A stretch of DNA of 64,000 nt from Eledone cirrhosa (taxonomy: Eukaryota), in the NCBI GenBank assembly GCA_964016885.1, contig OZ024747.1:31062001-31126000 (forward strand). Direction: 5' to 3'. The position numbers and the translations under genes are program-made. Positions within the stretch are counted from its first letter, which is position 1, and each line of letters opens with the position of its first letter. A model generated the notes under the pieces. That model searched no databases. It had not been told where the DNA came from and was given only the letters and a program-made list of their open reading frames with translations. This document shows, in pieces, positions 38,973 through 50,543 of this stretch.

Positions 38973-40470
38973 GGACCAGGGCTTTATTTTATCAGCCTCA
39001 AAAGAATGAACAGTAAAGTAGACTTTAATGAGATTTGAACTAAGAGTACAGAGAGTTGGAATAAATTTTACATCAGCTGCACAATCACATCCGTTTCATA
39101 GAACACCTCAACACACATGAATCATCCTTCAAGAGACACACAAATCAATGTAAAAATGCAAATAACTGTATAACAGTTGCTATTGAAGCCATGGATAGGA
39201 ATACTCAGAATCAAAGAATATATTTTAATAGCCAAAATGAAACCTCAAATTAACAACAGACTAGAACTCAACACCCAATGGCTAATATAGACAGACTCAC
39301 TATCACACTGAATTTCACTTCAAAAATAGATACAACCATAGTTTACATCAGACCATTGCTTAGAACATGAACATGATCCATTCACTACGTCCACAACATA
39401 CTATGACCTTATTTCAGTAAAAAATATGGTCACGGACACCTGTATATCTTTTAATCAAGAAGTTTGTTGAATTCAGTAAACTATCTATCTTTATTTCAGT
39501 ATTAAGGTGTCCGTTTTTAAACATCAATAAACAAAAGTTTCTTATATAAAATTATGGTGAAAGCTTTTAATTCAATGTAATGAAACAGTACTTTACTAGT
39601 TGGTATTAAAAGGGTTAAAGTAAAAGGACTCATATAGATATTACTTTTTCTGCTCCACCTTTAATTATAGGAGCACAACTAGTAATGAGACATCTCCAAA
39701 GGTGAAAGAATATAATGAAAAAGAAACGAAGGCAATTGTTGACTTGGAAATAACAAAATTTCAATAAGGTGGCAATACTTATGTAGTAAAGAGAGAGACA
39801 AGATTTTATATTTGGAAAAAAAATAAAATAAAATAAAAAAAAAAGGAGAAAAGAAAAGAAGTTTGGAGTTGACATCAAATAAACTACCGACATGATAGAC
39901 TGCAATAAACTTATCACTGAAATTAATAAATAATTTCTATGCTACGGAGGATTAATAAAATATCTGAGTTAGAAACATTTTATTAACATTGATAAAATGA
40001 CCTTTTCCATTTCATTTAGCTACATTTGGGAGGTTCTGAAAAATATAGATAATTTACTTCTTATGTAAATACTAAGAAGGTGTGTCTTTATTTAAAAGTG
40101 TAAATATAATTCAGATGAGCAGAGCTCCAAGTTTCAAAACATGTGTATTTGGTAGGTAGACAAATATTTCACCTTCTTCAGTATTTGTTTCTATCTTCTC
40201 CTCCTAGCATATAACATAAAACAAAATATAATGAAAAGAAGTAAATAGTGAAAATAAAAAAAAAAATGAATGAAGCAAAATCTACTCTTACTGAATTTGA
40301 TTGATACATCTTTAAAATTGCTATCTATTCCTTTCCTATGAGATACTTGCTTAGTCTATAAGTGTTTTCTCCAACCAAGATATATGAGAGACAAGGAAGA
40401 ATAAATTGTGTTGTTTTTGTTTTTCAATAAAAGAATATAAAGGTTGGTGATAATATGTTATCTTTGCTTA

Positions 40471-40628
<158 letters not shown>

Positions 40629-40630
40629 CT

Positions 40631-40838
40631 CATCATTGTTTAATGTCTATTTTCCATGCTACCATGGGTTAGACAGGGTGCTTTTTGATTTGACACCTAC
40701 ATGACCACTTTACAGTGTGGAATGGGCGTTTGCGTTCTGTATGAGCATGAAATGGTCATCTGATCTGAATTGTCTCAGAATGAGATGACTTGTATAATCT
40801 ATGCTAGCATGGAAAAATGGACGTTAACTGATGATGAT
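40631..40838. mobile_element. Two RTE-type 3' ends fused back to back
   Basis: The left half is a minus-strand tail (TTCCATGCTACCATGGG); the right half is a plus-strand tail (ATGCTAGCATGGAAAAATGGACGTTAACTGATGATGAT). Confidence 0.65.
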
Positions 40839-40925
40839 ATATATATATAATTGGTCTTGGATGCTTAAAGCGTCCATATGCGGTAGGCCGTTTGAACACT
40901 CGGTGCTCTCATAGAGCAGAGAATG

Positions 40926-40994
40926 ATATCACAGAAAAAAAGAGAATCAGTGTTGTGACGAATGCAACACTGATTCTCTTTTTTTCTGTGATAT
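40926..40994. repeat. Perfect 30-bp-arm inverted repeat, 9-nt loop
   Basis: ATATCACAGAAAAAAAGAGAATCAGTGTTG-TGACGAATG-CAACACTGATTCTCTTTTTTTCTGTGATAT. Confidence 0.95.
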
Positions 40995-41048
40995 ATATAT
41001 ATATATATCTCGTCATCAGCATGATGGAGTGTATGTATATATATATAT

Positions 41049-41525
41049 AGCACTAGAAGTCGATGGAAACCGCGGAGTGGGGAGACCCAAGAAGACCTGG
41101 GATGAGGTGATAAAAGCCGACCTTACCCAATTACACCTCTCAAAGGCAATGACACATGACCGTGACCTCTGGCGTCACGCAGTAATACAGAGTACCCGAC
41201 CTCCCATGGGTACAAGCTGAAGCATATAGACAATATGCCCCCACACCCCCCACCACAAGGTGGACGTGGAGGTGCCACGGCAAAAAAGCACCCAGCCCAC
41301 ACTGTAAAGTGGACGTGTAGGCGCCATGAAAAAGCACCCAGCACTCACTGTAAATGAGGTTGGTGTTAGGAAGGGCATCCAGCTGTAGAAATCAAGCCAA
41401 ATCAGTTCCTGTATGAGCAAGGCATGGTCAGCCAACCAGACACTGCCCACAACAGGACAACCCGTCTAACCCATGCTAGCGTGGAAGAACGGACGTAAAA
41501 CGGTGATGATGATGATGATGATGAT
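41049..41525 (+). mobile_element. RTE family B 3'-end fragment
   Basis: ALEVDGNRGVGRPKKTWDEVIKADL..DRDLWRHAV*, 3' UTR, then (GAT)n-ATATA; TA tracts on both sides. Confidence 0.92.
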
Positions 41526-41575
41526 ATATATATATCCTCATCAGCATGATGGAGTGTATATATATATATATAGGT

Positions 41576-41646
41576 GATGTGTTGGTGTAATGGTAGCACA
41601 GTGGTCGCGATAACCAAAGATGTGGGTTCGACTCCCATGTACGTCA
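41576..41646 (+). pseudogene. tRNA-like sequence (pseudo-tRNA or tRNA-derived repeat head)
   Basis: Acceptor GATGTGT/GTACGTC-A, A box TGGTGTAATGG, T arm GTGGG-TTCGACT-CCCAT and a T5 run downstream. The anticodon loop CGCGATA is non-canonical. Confidence 0.6.
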
Positions 41647-41976
41647 ATACTCATCTTTTTCCATTTATCTGAGGGTTCTAAACCCCATTATCAGGCTAAA
41701 ATTCCTTTAGTCAAAAATACGGTGAAAGCTATTCTATTTTCTAATTTCAAACCTGCTCACTGTTTCAAAACATACTTACTTGATATATATATATATATAT
41801 CGTCATCAGCGTGATGGAGTGTATGTATATATATATATATATAGTAATAATAATAAATTTGAAGACTAAAATCCAAAGAGGGCTCGATAAGGATAAATAT
41901 ATATCAAATATATAAGAACCGTAGAGCAAATATTGAAAGCAGCGATTCTTTGCTTAAACTTTAATCTGTTATTTTA

Positions 41977-42018
<42 letters not shown>

Positions 42019-42254
42019 TCATCATCAGCATGATGGAGTGTATGTATGTATATATATATATAAATAAAGGATTATGAGTTCATGCAATTGACTTATGTTT
42101 CGTCACTATATATATATATATATATATATATCATCATCAGCATGATGGAGTATATGTATATATGATTATGATGATGATGTATATATATGTATATATATAT
42201 AGTCATCAGCATGATGGTGTGTGTATATATATATATATATATACATATACGTAT

Positions 42255-42865
42255 GTCAGGTCACCAGTTGGTGCTACTGGTAACATATATCCCAGTACAA
42301 CCTGTCTCATGGTCGGGTTGTTGGCGACTAAACTGGCAACCACACCAAGGTTTCTTGGTGAGGAGGGTGACTTTGGACATCCTGCAGGACTAAAAACAAA
42401 ACCTGTCAAAGGGCAAAGGAGCTCTTAAGAGTCAATGGCCATCCAAAATCACCGGGAGAGATGACCCCTTAGCCTTTGTCAAGGCAGAATTCTAGGAGAA
42501 GGAAAACTCTGATATAACACCTGCAACCCTGATGGTATCCAATGATGTTGACTTGTTCTTCTTTTTGGTAAATATCATCTTGGTTAAGAGAGTGGGACTG
42601 GCTTTGTGCAGTGCCTTTGCTAACTATAAAAGCTTCACGGCACAGGCATTGCTTTATATCTGGAGATCTCTCTGCACTTGTCGTCACATGGTACCATCGG
42701 CCCAGCATTATGTGTCAATAATTGTCGCAAGTGTAGTGTTTGTACCAGAGTTTTCAAGTCGCTGGCTGGACTAAAAAGTCACACTCGTTCAGTGCATAGG
42801 TAGGGGTTCTCCTACATGGATATAAAGTAGTGGCCATACTCGAAAACGAGTTGGCAGCCACCATC
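42255..42865 (+). mobile_element. Bipartite non-autonomous RTE derivative, copy 1
   Basis: RTE-5'UTR-like CTAGGAGAAGGAAAACTCTGAT; C-terminal C2H2 remnant CSVCTRVFKSLAGLKSHTRSVHR*; terminal hairpin ACTCG-AAAA-CGAGT; (TATG)n tail. Confidence 0.7.
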
Positions 42866-42923
42866 TATGTATGTATGTATGTATGTATTATGTATGTATG
42901 TATGTATGTATCTATGTATGTAT

Positions 42924-43518
42924 GTCAGGTCACCAGTTGCTACTGGTAACATGTATCCCAGTACAACCTGTCCCATGGTCGGGTCGTTGGCAACTAAACT
43001 GGCAACCGTACCAAGGTTTCTTGGTGAGGAGGGTGACCTTGGACATCCTGCAGGACTAAAAACAAAACCTGTCAAAGGGCAAAGGCGCTCGTAAGAGTCA
43101 ATGGCCATCCAAAATCAGCGGGAGAGATGACCCCTTAGCCTTTGTCAATACAGAATTCTAGGAGAAGGAAAACTCTGATATAACACCTGCAACCCTGATA
43201 GTATCCAATGATGTTGACTTGTTCTACTTTTTGGAAAATATCATCTTGGTTAAGAGAGTGGGACTGGCTTTGTACAGCTCACTATAAAAGCTTGACGGCA
43301 CAGGCATTGCTTTATATCTGGAGATCTCTCTGCACTTGTCGTCACATGGTACCATGGGCCCAGCACTATGTGTCAATAATTGTCGCAAGTGTAGTGTTTG
43401 TACCAGAGTTTTCAAGTCGCTGGCTGGACTAAAAAGTCACACTCGTTCAGCGCATTGGTAGGGGTTCTCCTACATAGATATAAAGTAGTGGCCGTACTCA
43501 AAAACGAGTTGGCAGCCA

Positions 43519-43522
<4 letters not shown>
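42924..43522 (+). mobile_element. Bipartite non-autonomous RTE derivative, copy 2 (tandem)
   Basis: Highly similar direct copy of 42255-42865, separated from it by (TATG)n. Confidence 0.7.
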
Positions 43523-43553
<31 letters not shown>

Positions 43554-43581
43554 TATATATATAGTCATCAGCATGATGGCG

Positions 43582-43627
<46 letters not shown>

Positions 43628-43708
43628 TCATCAGCATGATGGATGTGTGTATATATATATATATATATATCGTCATCAGCATGATGGTGTGTGTGTATAT
43701 ATATATAT

Positions 43709-46231
43709 AGACTTCTTGAATTTTGTGATGCGGGTACATTGACTATTTGCAACACAAACTTCCAGAAACCTGCCAATCACCTAATAACCTACAAATCTGG
43801 TGAGCACATAAGCCAGATTGACTTCCTGCTAGTTAGGCAGCGGGACAGGCAGATAGTGTCTAATACCAAGGCATACCCTGGGGAAGTATGTACCCCACAG
43901 CATAGGTTAGTTGTTGGTGATATCTCAGTAAGCAAGAGATGGAATGAAACATATAGGAAGGTGTGGATAAGAAAGGTCTGGAAGCTAAACGACCTTACAC
44001 TAAAATACAAATTTAGGAAAGCCCTTCAAGATGTATATGACGAAAAAGAAGACAATTTAGAGACGTATGACATAGATAATAACTGGAATTTCTTACGTAA
44101 CAAATTGCTGCAGGCTATTGATGAAACCTGTGGCTGGAGCAGAGCTCCAACCAGACAGAGAGTGACCTGGTGGTGGAACAGCACAGTAGATAAGGCTATT
44201 AGAGACAAAAGACTAGCATGGAAGCCTTGGAAAAAGGGTGGGAGTAGGGAAGAATATACAGCCACTAAGAGAGAAGCTAGACGTCAGGTGTACTTAGCAC
44301 GCAGGGAGGCAGAGAGTAGGAGGTTCGCCAATGTTCTGCGACGGGAAGATCAGAGGCATGCGGTGTTCCACATTGCAAGGCAGTGTGTCAATTCAAATCA
44401 GGATGTTGTTGGAGATAAATGTGTCCGGGATGATGCCGGTGTACTTAGTGTCACGAATGATCAGAAAAAGGAGGCCTGGAAATGTCATTATGAGAGACTG
44501 ATGAATGTGGAGAACGAATGGGATAGAGAGAAATTACCCTTGGTAGATCCGACAGAGGGACCAGCTATTGAGATTGACGAATATAGGGTCCAAGAGGCGA
44601 TTAGGGAAATGAAAAATGGTAAGGCTGCCGGACCATTGGGAATAGTTGCTGAGATGCTGAAGGCATCAGGGGACGTAGGCACTAAACTGGTTGCATGCAT
44701 CGTCAATCAGACTATATATGGTGGTGTCATACCCAAAGACTGGTGCAGCAGTATTCTCATAAATTGCTACAAAGGTAAAGGGGATGCTTTGGAGAGGAGC
44801 AATTATAGGGGATTAAAACTGATAGATCAGGTTATGAAAGTGGCAGAAAGGACTTTAGCACAACTAATTAGAGAAAGGGTCAAACTAGATGAGATGCAGT
44901 TTGGTTTTGTGAGACAATTGCAAGAGAGGTTCTTAGAGAAGAATAAGCCACTGTACTTAGCCTTTGTTGACCTAGAGAAGGCCTTTGATAGGGTACCCTG
45001 ATCTGTCATCTGGTGGTCCCTAAGGAAGCTAGGTGTTGAGGAATGGCTTGTGAGGACAGTGCAAACTTTGTACAGAGGTACTGTCAGTAAAGTCAGGGTA
45101 GGAATGGAGTTTAATGAGGAATTCCAGATTCAAGTAGGATTACATCAAGGTTCGGTCCTCAGCCCGCTCTTGTTCATTATAGTCCGTCAAGCCATAACAG
45201 AGGAGTTTAAGACTGGCTGTCCATGGGAACTTCTCTATGCTGATGATCTGGTTCTTATAGCAGAATCAGTAGAGGAGCTAGAGAATAAATTCTGGCTATG
45301 GAAACAGCAGTTGGAAGCAAGAGGACTGAGCGTGAATCTAGCTAAGACAAAAGTGTTGATGAGTAGAAAAGAGGACAAAACCCTGATTCCGTCAAGGAAA
45401 TGGCCATGTTCGATATGCAGAAAAGGAACTGGCATAAATTCTATAAAATGCACACAATGCAGATCCTGGGTACACAAGGGATGTAGCGGGATAGCAGGCA
45501 AACTAACAGGTAGGGAGAAATATGTATGCAGTAGATGTACAGGGAAATTAGACAGTAGAAGTCGCACTGATAGACACATTTTTCAAATGCAAGAGGGCGC
45601 TATAGAAGTGGTGGATAGCTTCCGGTACCTAGGAGATCAGATTAGCATGGGAGGAGGATGTTCCGAGGCCATAGTATCTAGAATAAGGACGGTTTGGAAG
45701 AAGTTTAGGGAGCTGCTCCCTCTGTTGACGAAGAAGGGTTTCTCCCTGCGTACGAAAGGCCGGTTGTATGATGCCTGTGTGAGGAGCGCGATGCTGCATG
45801 GTAGTGAGACATGGGCAGCAACTGCAGAGGATATGCGACGGCTGGAGAGAAATGAGGCAAGCATGCTCCGTTGGATGTGCAGTGTAAATGTGCGTGAACG
45901 ACCCAGCATAAATGTGTTGAGAGAGAAACTGTGTCTGAGAGGGATAGAATGTCGTGTACGGGAGAGGAGACTGAGGTGGTATGGACATGTGATGCGCATG
46001 GAGGATGACCGCTGGGTGAAGAAGTGTCAGGAATTGCCAGTTGAAGGAAGACGTGGTAGAGGTAGACCACAAAAAACATGGGTGGAGGTGGTGAGAACAG
46101 ACTTCAGATCATTGAAGCTCACGGTGGAGATGACAAGGGTCCGTGACGAGTGGAGAGATGCTGTGCTGAATAAGACCCGTCCCACCCTTGCAAGCAGGGA
46201 AAAGCGGACGTAAAATGATGATGATGATGAT
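43709..46231 (+). mobile_element. RTE family C, 5'-truncated, pseudogenised EN-RT
   Basis: ORFs 43691..45001 and 45050..46213 (GLHQGSVLSP, LLYADDL, FRYLG, RLRWYGHV). The ORF runs through the terminal hairpin into the (GAT)n tail; (TA)n flanks. Confidence 0.95.
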
Positions 46232-46261
46232 ATATATATATATATCATCATCAGCATGATG

Positions 46262-46294
<33 letters not shown>

Positions 46295-46705
46295 GTCATC
46301 AGCGTGATGGTGTGTGTATATATATATTTATATATATATATATATATATCGTCATCAGTATGATGGTGTGTATATATATATATATATATCAGTATTAAAC
46401 TAGTTAGAACATTATTCAATACTATCCCAAGTACACAATACTTGGGATAGTAGAGTGTGATTATATTAGAAAGAGTCGGGGCCCAATGGTGGAGCTCTTG
46501 CTGAACAGCAAGAGCTCAGCTGTTGGGGCCCAACACTTTGTACTATATATATTGGCATTTATAAATAAATGTGTTCAGAACTAACACCCAATGAAGTAAT
46601 GTCCATTGATTAGTTGCCATGATGGAAGTCAGTGTCTTTAGTTTAGAAGGGAGGGGTGTGTACATTGTACATGTCTGGATATGTGTTGTAATATGGTGAT
46701 GGTTG

Positions 46706-47232
46706 AATAGAAGAAGAAGAAGAAGAAGAAGAAGAAGAAGAAGAAGAAGGAGGAGGAGGAGGAGGAAGAGGAGAAGAAGAAAAGAAGAAGAAGAAGAAGA
46801 AGAAGGAGGAGAGGAGGAGAAGGAGAAGAAGAAGGAGGAGGAGGGGAGGCGGAGAAGTAGAAGAAGAAGCAGAAGAAGAAGAAGAAGAAGAAGAAGGAGA
46901 AGAATAAGAATAAGAAGGAGGAGAATAATAATAATAATAATAATAATAATAAGAAGAAGAAGAAGAAGAAGAAGAATGAGGAAGAGGAGAAGAAGAAGAA
47001 GAAGGAGGAGGAGAAGAAGAATGAGGAAGAGGAGAAGAAGAAGAAGGAGGAGGAGAAGAAGAAGAAGGGGAAGCAGAAGAAGAAGAAGAAGAAGGAGGAG
47101 GAGAAGGAAGGAGAGAAGGAGGAGGAGGAGGAGGAGGAGGAGGAGGAGGAGGAGAAGAAGAAGAAGAAGAAGAAGAAGAAGAAGAAGAAGAAGAAGAAGA
47201 AGAAGAAGAAGAAGAAGAAGAAGAAGAAAGGA
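46706..47232. repeat. (GAA)n/(GGA)n/(TAA)n compound trinucleotide tract
   Basis: Read directly; a polypurine strand of about 520 bp. Confidence 0.95.
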
Positions 47233-47487
47233 AGCCAGAAATAATTTGTTTGCGGAGGCTCATACTTAATGAGATCAACCCCTAGTATGTGACTGGTACT
47301 TATTCTTATAAAAACATGAAAGATTAAAAAGCACATTTTTATCTTGGTGGAATCTGAAGTCTGATGACTTGAAAAAGATACAACTAAATAACACAAGGTG
47401 TGTAATCTGTTGCTCTACCGATTCTACCAATCCAGTACTTTGAAGCAACATATGGTTTATTGATTAAACCTTGAGAATGCTGTATAT

Positions 47488-50400
47488 ATCATCATCATCA
47501 TCATCATCGTTTTACGTCCGTTCTTCCACTCTAGCATGGGTTAGACGGGTTGTCCTGTTGTGGGCAGTGTCTAGTCGGCTGACCTTGTCTTGTTCATACA
47601 GGAACTGATTCTGGCTTGATTTCTACAGCTGGATGCCTTTCCTAACACCAACCTCATTTACAGTGAGTGCTGGGTGCTTTTTTTCCGTGGCGCCTACATG
47701 TCCACTTTACAGTGGGAGGGGATGGGGGCTTATTGCCTATATGCTTCAGCTTCGGCTTGTTCCTGTGGGGGGTCAGGTCTTCTGTATTACTGCGTGACGC
47801 CAGAGGTCACAGTCATGTGTCATCACCTTTGAGAGGTGTAATTGTGTAAGGTCAGCTTTTATCACCTCATCCCAGGTCTTCTTGCGTCTCCCCACTCCTC
47901 GGTTTCCATTGACTTCTAGTGCTCTGCACCTTTTTATGCAACTGTCATCCTTCATACGCATCACATGTCCATACCAACACAACCTCCTCTTCTGCACACG
48001 GCATTTGATTCCTCATATGTTCAGTCTCTCTCTCAATTCGCTTATGCTTTGCCGTTTGTGTATATTACTATTACACATCCATCGAAGCATGCAGGCTTCA
48101 TTTCTTTCTAATCTACGAAGTCCTCCACAGACAGCGGCCAGGTCTCACTACCATGTAACAATACTGTTCGTATACACGCATCATACAGTCTGCCTTTCAT
48201 TTTGAGGTAAAAGCCTTTTGCAGCTGGCAGTGGTAGTAGCTCACTGAACTTCTTCCATCCCAATCTTACCCTAGTTATTGTACTTTCCAAACACCCACCT
48301 CTGCTGCTAATTCGGTCACCTAGGTAGCATAAGCTGTCTACTGTCTCTACAGATCCCTCCCAGAGTTAGGTGGTACTTGTTTCTTGTGGCCGTTTGCTGC
48401 TTACTGTCCCAGCACAGCTGCTACATGTGAAGCCTACATTCTTAGTTAAGCTTCCTGAGATACCACTACATCTCTTGTGTACCCATTGTTTGCAATTAGG
48501 GCAGAGGTTGGAGTTCCTACCTACACCTTTCCTACATACTGAGCAAGGCCATTTCCCCGAGGGAATCTGGAACCTTAGTCTTTGTCAGGTTGACATTGAA
48601 ACCCTTTCTTTCTAGTCCCTGCTTCCATGTTTGGAATTTCTTCTCTAGTTCTACCATGGATTCAGCTATAAGTGCGAGATCATCCGCATACAGGAGTTCC
48701 ATGGGCATCCGGTCTTAAACTCCTCTGTTATTGCCTGCAAAACTATAATGGACAGGAGAGGGCTAAGAACAGAGCCCTGGTGGACACTGACCTGTATGCT
48801 AAATTCCTCGCTATACTCATTGCTAACTCTAACTTTGCTGACTGCTCCTCTGTACATGGCTTGTACTGCTTTCACAAGCCATTCTCTACTCATAATTTTC
48901 TAAGAGGCCACCAGATTATAGCATGGGGGACTCTGTCAAAGGCTTTTTTCAGATCGACGAATGCCAGGTAGAGCAGCTTACTTTTAGCTAGGTACTTTTC
49001 CTGTAACTGTCTCACAAGGAAGAGGGCATCAGTTGTGCCTTTTCCTGGTATAAACCCAAATTGCATCTCATCTAGTTTCACCCAGTCCCTAATTAACTGT
49101 GCTATAACTCTTTCCGTTACTTTTATGACCTGGTCCATCAGCTTTATACCTCTATAGTTTCCTCTATCTAGTTCATCACCTTTTACCTTTGTAGCAGTTG
49201 ACAATGATGCTGCTGCACTAATCCTTTGGTATGATACCCTCTAGTATTACCTGGTTAACAATATGTGTGGTTATGGTGTGATCTACCGACCCAGATGCTT
49301 TAACATCTTGGCAGCTATACCTGATGGACCGGTTGCCTTCCCTGTCTTCATATCTCTGATTGCCTTACTTACTGCTGCTGACTTGTACTGCTGGCCCCTC
49401 TATAGGGTCCACTTGGGATAGGGTCTCCTTTTCCAATGCATTCTCCTCATTTAGTAATCTTTCATAATGGCTCTTCCATGCATCTTTCTTCTCAGTGCTT
49501 GTGAGGGCAAGCTCACCATTATCATTCCGGATACACTTCTCTTCAATGACATCACAATTCTCTCTGACACACAATCTTGAACACCTCCTGTTTCTGGTCT
49601 TCGTGTTGCAAAACATGCTTGAATTTTCTATCCTCTCCTTCCCTTCTAGCTAAGTATATTTGTCACCTAGTTTCCCTTCTGGTCTCTATGTAATGTACCC
49701 TGCTTCCCTCGTTCTTCCATCTTTCCATGCCTGTCTCTTGGCCTTAACTGCCTCATCTACCATACTGTTCCACCACCAAGTCACTCTCCTCCTCCCTGTG
49801 GACTTGCTCCAACCACAGATCTCGTCCGTTGCCTTCAGTAAATTATTTTTTAGGAACTCCCAGTGCTCTTCTATATTGAATGTCTGTATCTGTTCTTCTT
49901 TACTGTCATAGGTATCGAGTAGAATATCTTTAAATTTGTTACTGACTGAGGGGTCTTTCAGCTTCCAGATCTTTCTTCTCCAGGTTGCCTTCTGTTTCCA
50001 AGTTTTTCTAGTTTTGACAGTGAGGTCGCTGACAACTAAGTTATGTTGGGAGGTACATTCCTCACTAGGGAAGGCTTTTGTGTTTACAACCGTCCATCTA
50101 TCACGCCCTCTGATGAGGATAAAATCTATCTGACTAGAATGCTCCCCTGATCGATAGGTGATCAGATGGTTGTCATGTTTTTTGAAGTTTGTGTTACATA
50201 TTGACATGTCATTGGCGTCGCAGAACTCCAGAAGCCTGAAGACTTCTTCATTTCTTGTGCCAAACCCGTTGCCTCCATGGACTCTATAGAAGCCGTCACA
50301 GTGTTTACCAACATGTCCGTTGAAATCTCCTGCAATGATTAGGAAGTAATTGCCGTTTGTTAGAGCAGTAATGTGCATTAGGGACTCGTAAAATCTATCC

Positions 50401-50543
50401 TTAAGCTTGCCTGGCAAACCCGATTGGGGTGCGTAAGCTGATATTATTGTAGTAACTGTTTTATTCAGGACTAGTCTGAGTTAAATGATTCTTGCATTCA
50501 CCCTGTTTACTGAGATTACCTTATCAACCCATTAGTCAGCTAT
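47488..50543 (-). mobile_element. RTE family B, 5'-truncated, heavily frameshifted
   Basis: Minus-strand ORF pieces: AGDFNGHVG, SQIDFIL, NYRGIKL, FVDLKKAFDRV, VHQGSVLSP, WYGHVMRM. (CAT)n tail at 47488; (TA)n at the 5' break. Confidence 0.93.

Larger units (their letters stand above)
41011..46372. repeat. Interrupted array of TCATCAGCATGATGG(A/T)GTG plus (TA)n, 12 copies
   Basis: Copies near 41011, 41537, 41801, 42020, 42132, 42201, 43563, 43626, 43671, 46246, 46294 and 46351. Confidence 0.9.

Noticed and set aside
41576-41646. Functional tRNA gene
   Set aside because: The anticodon loop lacks U33 and purine 37, and the anticodon stem has a terminal mismatch; kept only as tRNA-like.
41011-46372. 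CRISPR array
   Set aside because: Eukaryotic context, no cas genes, and inserts range from 0 to 2.5 kb and are transposon fragments.
46638-47396. Long ORFs (poly-R, poly-S/P, poly-F)
   Set aside because: Translations of a trinucleotide microsatellite.
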